DNA of 64,000 nucleotides from Macrostomum lignano (taxonomy: Eukaryota): positions 1 through 64,000 of the forward strand of contig NIVC01000187.1 in NCBI GenBank assembly GCA_002269645.1, written 5' to 3'. Within the stretch, counting starts at the first letter, position 1; each line of letters begins with the position of its first letter. Below, one piece after another: positions 35,901 to 47,100 of this stretch. Under the pieces are notes generated by a model, which was given only the letters and a program-made list of their open reading frames with translations, did not search any database and had not been told where the DNA came from. The position numbers and the translations under genes were made by a program.

Positions 35901-38099
35901 CATAGAATCAGTCATAGCTCATAGAATCAGTCATAGCTCATAGAATCAGTCATAGCTCATAGAATCAGTCAAAGCTCATAGAATCAGTCATAGCTCATAG
36001 AATCAGTCATAGCTCATAGAATCAATCATAGCTCATAGAATCAGTCATAGCTCATAGAATCAGTCATAGCTCATAGAATCAGTCATAGCTCATAGAATCA
36101 GTCATAGCTCATAGAATCAGTCAAAGCTCATAGAATCAATCATAGCTCATAGAATCAATCATAGCTCATAGAATCAGTCATAGCTCATAGAATCAGTCAT
36201 AGCTCATAGAATCAGTCATAGCTCATAGAATCAATCATAGCTCATAGAATCAGTCATAGCTCATAGAATCAATCATAGCTCATAGAATCAGTCATAGCTC
36301 ATAGAATCAATCATAGCTCATAGAATCAGTCATAGCTCATATAATCAGTCATAGCTCATAGAATCAGTCATAGCTCATAGAATCAGTCATAGCTCATAGA
36401 ATCAGTCATAGCTCATAGAATCAGTCATAGCTCATAGAATCAGTCATAGCTCATAGAATCAGTCATAGCTCATAGAATCAGTCATAGCTCATAGAATCAG
36501 TCATAGCTCATAGCATCAGTCATAGCTCATAGAATCAGTCATATCTCATAGAATCAATCATAGCTCATAGAATCAATCATACCTCATAGAATCAGTCATA
36601 GCTCATAGAATCAGTCATAGCTCATAGAATCAGTCATAGTTTATACATACTGAATTCAAGCCAAAGCATACTCACTGAATTTCCACGTACATGCCTACGT
36701 TGAGGTCTTGTTTTGAGCTTCCTTTGACTGGGAAGAATTACAACGAAAGCAGCAATGGGTGACTGAAAATATCGCCTCGATGTAATCGCAGATTTCAGCC
36801 TAGACTGGTTAGCTTAAAGATCAACCAAGCAAGAAAATTTTGCCTGAGAAAGAATTTCTAGGGTGGAAGGAAATCCACCAAAGGTCGTGTGAGTTTCTTT
36901 CTTAAATTTGAGTTTCTCTACAGCAACCATTTCCATTTCGCTGACTCTACTGAGCACGCACCCCTGATGGACTTCTTCCATCATAAATAGTTCATATAGT
37001 GTTTAGAAAATGATTAGTTTTGTAGGGGGGGGGTTTCAACCCCTCCAGCTCATCCAAAAACAAACCTTGGAAAATTCTGACACTTTTTAATCCCAGAGCA
37101 TAATAAATCTCTTCTTTCTAATAAATTCAGTCGCGTGAATTTTTGTCATTTCATTCAAAATTTATGCGTGAAAAACCATTGCAATGCCAATGCGTTTGCT
37201 CAGGGAATCGAACCAGGGATCGCACGAGGCGCGTGTGTCGGTCTAAAAAACGAAGCTTCAACCTCCTCAGAGCTCTCTAAGACAGTCGACAATATAAAAG
37301 CCGCTGTTCAAAAAGGGGCGTCTTGACGGTCTCATGAAAATGGACACTGCTCAAATCTTCATAGCGAATTCGATGATCAGTCAGTGCGTGAAAACTCTGA
37401 TCACGCTTCACTGGGCGATTCTGCCGTGCCCCCCGACTCGTTCACGCGAGAAACTTCATCAAGCAGATCCGAATCGCAGATGAGCAAAGAGGCAGTGACG
37501 ACAGAGAAGAGTCAGTGATGCTTCGAGCTGGGTCTGAAAGAGGGTCGCATCATTTTTTGAAGAGCGCTCAGTCATTTCGGTTCTGTCTAAGGATGGCATT
37601 GAGAGCACAAAGAAAATTAAATTTTCCCATTTAATTTTGTGACACCCCAGTCATAAGTTGCCTGGGAACTAATCGGAGCTGTTTGGAAAATATTAGATCT
37701 GGGATAATTGCAGAGCCATTATGAAGTGTGTGTTGTGGGTCTAGGGATTTTAAGAGACTTTGAGAGTTCAAGCTATACTTTTATATCTTAATAGTAGGCT
37801 GACTGAAGTTCGTGATCCAGGAAGTCAACTTGTAAGTGCAGATGCACTGCTTCTGTTCACAGCTCCGAGGGCTTGGTAATTAGCCCAATGCCACTGACTA
37901 TTTACTCGTTGGAGTATTAAACAGAGTCTTATTAGTCCTTTTGTTGTGTCTGCAAGTTCTAATCTAAGCAACAGTGGAAAGAGTATAAAAAAGCAAATAT
38001 CAAAAGCTCAAAAGCACCGATGACATTATTAGAAAGGCTGGCTAGAAAACTGATCTTCTGCAGCACGTTCTGCCTCACAGAAAGAAACAGTGGATTTAA

Positions 38100-38157
<58 letters not shown>

Positions 38158-41100
38158 TACATTCGGATTCAAGAACTCGCTAGGTCAAGTATTTGAGGTC
38201 CTGACCGGTCCCAGACCAAATCTCCAGGCCCTCACCCACCCCAGCGCCCCGAGCCCAGCTAATCTCCCGCTGTGATCTTTCCTTCTTTCTTGGCGCATTT
38301 CTCTGCCGTGCGTGCTGCCAGCTTCCCCCGTCCCATAGGAGGAGTCCTTTTGGCACCCGCAGAGCGCGGCAGTCCCTCTCGCAGCTACGCTGTGAAAAGA
38401 ATTGTGTGGAAAGTGTGGAAAAAAACAAAGCTTCATCACAACTCCGCTAAGCAGACGGCGGCCGCAGATTCGCGCCCTAGCGGCCGTGTTGTTCCAACTG
38501 ATTGATTGGCTGTGACAACTGCTGCCGCTGCTACTCCTGCTACCGCCGTTCCAGCGGCGCCACTGCGTGTAGCAGAAGCCGAAATAAAGGGAAGCACTTT
38601 CTAAGGACCTTTGAAGCAGAATTTCAGTTGCAGTGGTCCTCGACATGGCCGTAAATACGAAACTTAGCATCGGTTGGACGCTAATTTAGGCTCTAAAATA
38701 GTTGCGCAACAATAATCCTGTTGTAGTTTTGAATTCTGGCATGTGTAGTACGATGGAGTGTGCAGGGTAGGTACAGTAAAAGTACAAAACATCCCGGAAA
38801 CTCGGGCGTCAGGACACTACCTTGACTCAGCTGCAGCTAGGAGGCTGCGGACATTCGGATTCAACGGGAAGGTGCCATCGGGGAGCTGGTGCTGTGGTGT
38901 CACGCAGGGAGATCCGGTGGTGCTGGTGTCCGCGCCAGGACGCTCCTACGTGACTGATGCCCGCGTCAGGACGCTTCAATGTGACTGATGCCCGCGTCAG
39001 GACGCTTCAATGTGACTGATGCCCGCGTCAGGACGCTCCCACGTGACTGATTCCCGCGTCAGGACGCTTCAATGTGACTGATGCCCGCGTCAGGACGCTT
39101 CAATGTGACTGATACCCGCGTCAGGACGCTTCAATGTGACTGATTCCCGCGTCAGGCCGCTCCCACGTGACTGATTCCCGCGCCAGGACGCTCCCACGTG
39201 ACTGATGCCCGCGTCAGGACGCTTCAATGTGACTGATGCCCGCGTCAGGACGCTTCAATGTGACTGATACCCGCGTCAGGACGCTTCAATGTGACTGATA
39301 CCCGCGTCAGGACGCTTCAATGTGACTGATTCCCGCGTCAGGACGCTTCAATGTGACTGATACCCGCGTCAGGACGCTTCAATGTGACTGATGCCCGCGT
39401 CAGGACGCTTCAATGTGACTGATACCCGCGTCAGGACGCTTCAATGTGACTGATTCCCGCGTCAGGACGCTTCAATGTGACTGATACCCGCGTCAGGACG
39501 CTTCAATGTGACTGATTCCCGCGTCAGGACGCTTCAATGTGACTGATACCCGCGTCAGGACGCTTCAATGTGACTGATGCCCGCGTCAGGACGCTTCAAT
39601 GTGACTGATTCCCGCGTCAGGACGCCCGCGTCAGGACGCTGCCATGGGATTTCTGCTTAAGCTACGGAATTATAAAACCCAAAACAAGGTTCGATTTGAG
39701 AACGTCGAGATGTTCAGCTATTCAGAAAAGTACATTTTGAGATGTAAAGCATCCAAATAACATCAACAAGATATCCATCCGCTAAATAGATTGCGTCTGC
39801 AGTCAGTTGCAAGCATTTCTTCAAAATGAGAGTTCACCGGCTATCTGCTGATTAGTTGAGTACCCCCCCCCCCAGGTGGAGTGGATTGGGGGCAGGAAGG
39901 AGAGACTAACTTGATCAAGAAGAGTGAAAATGCGAAGAGAGGAATCCCGTAGTTACGAGGCCTAACTGTACAACTTGTGGCACATATATCTACGAGCGTA
40001 TCTGCTGGGGGGGGGCTTCGCTTCAATGATTTGGGAGGCCTCACAACTTCGCAGCTCACCTGAGCTCTCTCACTTGCCATGTGTGAAAAGAGAATTTTTC
40101 GTCAGAGTTTATTGAGCTGAAGAGCTGGAATTAGCGTTGCCCGGACGAAGGTATGGAATGGAGGGCACGTAAAAAAGTTCAAGTATCTCATTCCAAAGTC
40201 TCGCACGAGCGTGCAAGGAAGGCGTTAGTGTTGGCTGCGGTTCACTGCGGCTGCCTTGAGGTGCTGCTGCTGGGACTGGGGAGGCGTTTAGGATGAATGG
40301 TTAGCCATGGTTAAAACGATCGAGACAGAGGATAGAGGGGAGGATAGAGAAGAAAGATAGAGACGGAGGTTAATGAGGGACGGATAGAGAGGGAGGATAG
40401 TTGGGGATAGAGAGGGAGGATAGAGAGAGAGGATAGAGAGAGAGGATAGAGAGGGAAGATAGAGAGGGAGGATAGAGAGGGAGGATAGAGAGGGAGGATA
40501 GAGAGGGAGGTTAGATAGGGAGGATAGATAGGGAGGATAGAGAGGGAGGATGGATAGGGAGGTTAGATAGGGAGGATAGAGAGGGAGGTTAGATAGGGAG
40601 GATAGATAGGGAGGATAGAGAGGGAGGATAGATAGGGAGGATAGAGAGGGAGGTTAGATAGGGAGGATAGAGAGGGAGGTTAGATAGGGAGGATAGATAG
40701 GGAGGATAGAGAGGGAGGATAGATAGGGAGGATAGAGAGGGAGGATAGATAGGGAGGATAGAGAGGGAGGTTAGATAGGGAGGATAGATAGGGAGGATAG
40801 AGAGGGAGGATAGATAGGGAGGCTAGATAGGGAGGTTAGATAGGGAGGTTAGATAGGGAGGTTAGATAGGGAGGTTAGATAGGGAGGATAGAGAGGGAGG
40901 ATAGATAGGGAGGATAGAGAGTGAAGATGAATAGGGAGGATAGACTGGTGAGAGCCAGCAAAGACGTGTAGAGGGGAGCCAAGACACAATGCAACAAGAG
41001 TGCGGCCGGGGTTGCAGAGTGCTTAGGTAGCAGGTAGAGCCAACGTTCTACAAGCATTTCTACATCACCAATGAAGCTGACACACCCTCATCTCTCTCTC

Positions 41101-44100
41101 TCACTCACTTTCTCTTTCTCACTCTGTTTGTTCAAAAAGAATTGCCTTTGAGCTACATTACGGATATAAAGTTTCTGAGAACCAGGTTACTCTTTCTTGG
41201 CTGAGACTGACACTTCTGTTTTAAAGGATTCTGTTTAATTTTTTTTGAAGAAAGAATCTGCTCCACGAGCGTACCGGTAAAATGTTTCAAAATATTGAGC
41301 AATTATTATAACAAGCTAGTTATAGAGTTTCGACAAGCTTTTGAGCTGGTAAAAGTACATTGAGCCTTGCATCTCATATAAAAGGGCTTGGCCTTTATCT
41401 ACAACTGAGGTTAAATTGTCAACAACTTTTTGTCAACAAAAGTGCATTTATGAACATGACATCAACATGACATCGACATTACATCGACATTACATCGACA
41501 TTACATCAACATGACATAAACATGACATCAAGATGGCATCAACATGACATAAAGATGACATCAACATGACATCAAGATGGCATCAACATGACATCAAGAT
41601 GGCATCAACATGACATCAACATGACATTAACATGACATCAACATGACATCAAAATGACATTAACATGACATAAATATGACATAAACATGACATCAACATG
41701 ACATTAACATGACATAAATATGACATAAACATGACATAAACATGACATCAACATGACATCAACATGACATCAAGATGGTATCAACATGACATTAACATGA
41801 CATAAACATGTCATGAACATATAATAGTAAGACAAAACTCAATATTATTTGCGACGCGTTTCGGCTAAAACTAGCCATCTTCAGGCACTATCGAACAGAA
41901 TTTATTTCAACCTATTAAATACTGTTAATAGGTTAATAGCTGTAATACTGTTAATAGCTAATTAAATAGGTTGAAATAAATTCTGTTCGATAGTGCCTGA
42001 AGATGGCTAGTTTTAGCCGAAACGCGTCGCAAATAATATTGAGTTTTGTCTTACTATTGTCATGAACATGACATCAACATGACATCAACATGACATAAAC
42101 ATGACATCAACATGACATCAAGATGGTATCAACATGACATTAACATGACATAAACATGTCATGAACATGACATCAACATGACATCAAGATGGTATCAACA
42201 TGACATTAACATGACATAAACATGTCATGAACATGACATCAACATGACATCAACATGACATAAACATGACATCAACATGACATCAAGATGGTATCAACAT
42301 GACATTAACATGACATAAACATGTCATGAACATGACATCAACATGACATCAAGATGGCATCAACATGACATCAACATGACATAAACATGACATCAACATG
42401 ACATCAACATGACATAAACATGACATCAACATGACATCAAGATGGCATCAACAAGACATTAACATGACATGGGCATGACATCGACATGAAAATAACATAG
42501 ACTTTAGCAAATAAATAATCAAGAAATGATGCGTTAAAATCATCTACCAGCTTTTCTTCGACAGCAGACTTTTCTAGAAATCATTTTGAAAACACATCGG
42601 GAAAATAAGCGCGGATGAAATCTGAGCACCAAATAATAGCAGGCAGTCGACAATTATCCTCTCCTCACCGACTGTTACAAATTATTTTTTCATTCGGAAG
42701 TGAAATTTCACACTAAAAATCCTTTTCGAAAAGAATATATACTTTTCTTTGACATTCTTTGTCGGGGGTGGTGGGGAAGGCCCTGGAGGCAAGCCATGGC
42801 AATTATCTCTCTGCCGCAGCCCCCCTCAACCCGCGACACCGACACCGACAACCCCCGACACCTTCGAAATGAAGTCAGCGGCCGGGGCTAATTGGCGGTG
42901 GTAGCAAAATCGGAGCGAGAGTTCGATACGAGCTTCGCCTGGATCACACAGACCCTCACAGAGGGGAGACACTTCCTATCTTCACTTTATGACTGGCTAT
43001 CGCCAACCCTGGAGGCCGACACTACTACATGTTGATAGGATTTTTCACGCAACAGAGCGGTTTGTTGATGGCGTCAATCTAATAGTCTGTCTGGGGGGGT
43101 ATAAAAGTTCTACCGCGCGTCACTCTTGTACTGGCGGTGTACACTACATTGGGTGTCGGTGTGTGTGGTTAGCTGGTTCTGTTATTTGCTCAGCAATTTG
43201 AGCATTGGCTTCTAAGTAATCCTTCCACCTTAGTAAATCCAAGGACTCTATCATCCGAAAGCGACTCAGTCACTCTAAAAAGATTTCTCAGTCACTCCTG
43301 AATAGTCGAAGCCAATATTTCAATCTGATACAAATCTAGCTCAGCCAGTCACTCTTAAAATCTAGCTCAGCCAGTCACTCTTAAAATCTAGCTCAGCCAG
43401 TCACTCTCCCAATCTAGCTCAGCCAGTGACTCTGCAAATCTAGCTCAGCCAGTCACTCTGCAAATCTAGCTCAGCCAGTCACTCTCCCAATTTAGCTCAG
43501 CCAGTCACTCTGCAAATCTAGCTCAGCCAGTCACTCTGCAAATCTAGCTCAGCCAGTCACTCTCCCAATTTAGCTCAGCCAGTCACTCTCCCAATTTAGC
43601 TGAGCCAGTCACTCTGCAAATCTAGCTCAGCCAGTCACTCTGCAAATCTAGCTCAGCCAGTCACTCTCCCAATTTAGCTCAGCCAGTAACTCTGCAAATC
43701 TAGCTCAGCCAGTCACTCTGAAAATCTAGCTCAGCCAGTCACTCTGCAAATCTAGCTCAGCCAGTCACTCTCCCAATCTAGCTCAGCCAGTCACTCTCCC
43801 AATTTAGCTCAGCCAGTCACTCTCCCAATTTAGCTGAGCCAGTCACTCTGCAAATCTAGCTCAGCCAGTCATTCTCCCAATTTAGCTCAGCCAGTAACTC
43901 TGCAAATCTAGCTCAGCCAGTCACTCTGCAAATCTAGCTCAGCCAGTCACTCTCCCAATTTAGCTCAGCCAGTAACTCTGCAAATCTAGCTCAGCCAGTC
44001 ACTCTGCAAATCTAGCTCAGCCAGTCACTCTCCCAATTTAGCTCAGCCAGTCACTCTCCCAATCTAGCTCAGCCAGTCACTCTCCCAATCTAGCTCAGCC

Positions 44101-47100
44101 AGTCACTCTCCCAATCTAGCTCAGCCAGTCACTCTCCCAATCTAGCTCAGCCAGTCACTCTCCCAATCTAGCTCAGCCAGTCACTCTCCCAATCTAGCTC
44201 AGCCAGTCACTCTCCCAATCTAGCTCAGCCAGTCACTCTCTCAATCTAGCTCAGCCAGTCACTCTACCAATCTAGCTCAGCCAGTCACTCTGCAAATCTA
44301 GCTCAGCCAGTCACTCTGCAAATCTAGCTCAGCCAGTCACTCTGCAAATCTAGCTCAGCCAGTCACTCTGCAAATCTAGCTCAGCCAGTCACTGCAAATC
44401 TAGCTCAGCCAGTCACTCTGCAAATCTAGCTCTGCCAGTCACTCTACAAATCTAGCTCACCCAGTCACTCTGCAAATCTAGCTCAGCCAGTGACATCTAG
44501 CTCAACAAGTCACTCTCTCGCGCTCTCTCCTTCCCAGACTCAGCCAACCGCAAGGTGCAGTTCACCAAACAGGGCGATGGCATCGGAACCTACATTATTT
44601 ACAACTATCGGGAGAACCGCGAAAGCTGGCACTTTGACTATCGTCGAGTTGGCGAATGGAACAAGGAGACGGGACTCAGTCTGGACATCAACGAGACAAT
44701 CTACTGGGCTGGCAAAGTCACGGACATGCCGATCTCCCGGTGCAGCGAAGAGTGCCGTCCCGGCCAGAAAAAGATGTACTCACAGAAGGGCAACAACAAG
44801 AACAAGTGCTGCTGGACTTGCAACGATTGTCAGCCGCATCAGCGAGTCAGCGATACTGGAGACGCCTGTATTGATTGCTCCGATGACGAGGGTCCGACGG
44901 AGGATAGAAATGCTTGCGTGCCGCTGCCGGTAAGGGAGGGAGGTGACAGGAAATTACGGATTTACAATATAAAGGTCAGGTTCAGGGTCGAATTAGGACA
45001 AGCTTGAGTCCATTCAGATCAGGCTGAAAGGTTGATTTAGGTCAGGTTCACGGATGGTCATGACTTTGGGGTTGATTTAGTTTAGGATAAGCTGCAGGAT
45101 GTCGTGAAACATGTAACTGACGTGGCGAGGGTTACTTTGCTTTAAGGCGACAAAACTGGTTGCCTGTGGCGCTAAAATGAGTGCCTGCGGTGCTAAAATG
45201 AGTGCCTGTGGTGCAAAATGAGTGCCTGCGGCGCTAAAATGAGTGCCTGCGGCGCTAAAATGAGTGCCTGCGGCGCTAAAATGACTGCCTGCGGCGCTAA
45301 AATGAGTGCCTGCGGCGCTAAAATGAGTGCCTGTGGTGCAAAATGAGTGCCTGCGGCGCTAAAATGAGTGCCTGCGGCGCTAAAATGAGTGCCTGCGGCG
45401 CTAAAATGAGTGCCTGCGGCGCTAAAATGACTGCCTGCGGTGCTAAAATGAGTATCTGCGGCGCTAAAATGAGTGTCTGCTGCGCTAAAATGAGTGCCTG
45501 CGGCGCTAAAATGAGTGCCTGCGGCGCTAAAATGAGTGCCTGCGGCGCTAAAACGATCGCCGACAACACTGATTCTGAAAATAATGTACAAGTAGAAATT
45601 TACTTATGTACACGGGTGCAGAATTCTTGGCTTTGTTCCCCCCCCCTCCCAATTTGTTGTATTATGTGCTCAGGAATCGCCTCAGCACTCTGATTTTTGG
45701 ATGCGACGATGCGACGATGAGCCGGCAAACAACCGGCAAAGGAAAGATTATAAAAATGAAAAAGTGGAAAGTACGCACTGACTAAATTGCCGCCCGCCCG
45801 CCCGTCCACCCGCCATCATCGACTAAAAAAATTAGGAAAACAGAAGCTTTCTGCAGAAAGGAGAGCGAGGGGGGTTGTTGGAAAGTTTCTGTAGTTTCAT
45901 TTTGCCGCAAAAACGTATGGCAATAGACGTTGTGGAGTGAGAGGGAGACGGCAGTGGAAGGCTTTGACTTGGGCCGCAACAGCCTTCACCGAAAGGGAAA
46001 CTGTGCCAAAATATGGAGAGTTTCTAAGAATAAAATGAAACTTAAGAAAACGGGAGGAGACAACCGGAGGAAGATGCTCCAATTTTTGGAAGGCAATTAT
46101 TCATTGCTAAACGACTGGGGGAAGCGGAGCTGCAAATGAACAGTTGTTAGAGTCAACTTTAATTAGAGAAATTGTTTTCTACATCAACTCTTAGTTAGGA
46201 TTTTCTTTTCACGACAGGCATCCGTAAAAAAAACAACTGATGCGGTTTCTGAAAGAGTTTTGAAGAAGTTGGAAATAATCAGGTGACGTTGTCAGAAAAA
46301 TATTTTGGGTTTCGCCTAATAGGGATCTGGCAGGGATCTACGAGTAGAAGGATTAAAAAGATTAAAAGTAGTATAATTGATTACACAATTAGCTGGTTGC
46401 ACATTAGCTGATGTGCAACCTTAGGGGCGCGGCAAGGACTGGGGGGTCGACACACACAGCCTCAATTACCCCAGCTATTGCTGGCACCCATTTTACAGCT
46501 GGGTGAACTGAAGCAATGCAGAGTTAGGCGTCTTGCTCAAGGACACAAATTGTTCCGAGTGGGATCGGGAATCGAACCCCCGACCTTTCAAGTCGTGAGT
46601 CCGACGCATTAACCAGTAGGCTACAACCAAAAAGAATAAATAAAAAAATGATCTAGAAAGTATCTCTCTTTCACTCTCTGTACCTTAACAGAGAGCTCAT
46701 CCTTAAATCTGTGGCCAAAAGCAAGCATTTGGTATGGAATATACACGCGCTGGCACCACTAGATCTGATCAGCAATCCTACTGGTTTCATCCATAGACGT
46801 TTTCAGATCTTGCTGACGAACTCAAAGTTAATTATTTTTGCAAAAATACTGATTATGGAAAATGGACAACACTACTAGGAAGTATCTGACCTTCCTTCAT
46901 ATTTCCTTGTGTAACCACCCTTAAAAACCCCAAGACTGCGGATGGCCTGCTCTGCAGGTCATGGTCTCATATCTATGGTCTGCGGCTCAATTTGCTGCTG
47001 ATATGTGAAAACATTTCTAATGAGTCTTAGTTTGCGGCTGTGGCCGCAAAACTAGATAAAAAGAAAATTAAAAAGGAAAAAAAACTATCTTTAGTTTGAC

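Larger units (their letters stand above)
41823..42058. mobile_element. 236-bp palindromic element (94-bp perfect arms, 48-bp spacer); probable non-autonomous Penelope-like derivative
   Basis: 41823-41916 is the exact reverse complement of 41965-42058; GTCATGAACAT is present on both flanks; each arm holds a hammerhead motif. Confidence 0.8.
41455..42490. repeat. 11-bp minisatellite AACATGACATC, interrupted by a palindromic element
   Basis: Directly visible. Confidence 0.93.

Noticed and set aside
21145-44490. Regular 19-45 bp repeats as possible CRISPR arrays
   Set aside because: Units are head-to-tail with no unique spacers, there are no cas genes, and the context is eukaryotic.
46560-46628. 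Functional tRNA gene
   Set aside because: The stems are imperfect and the sequence continues into a SINE core and tail.
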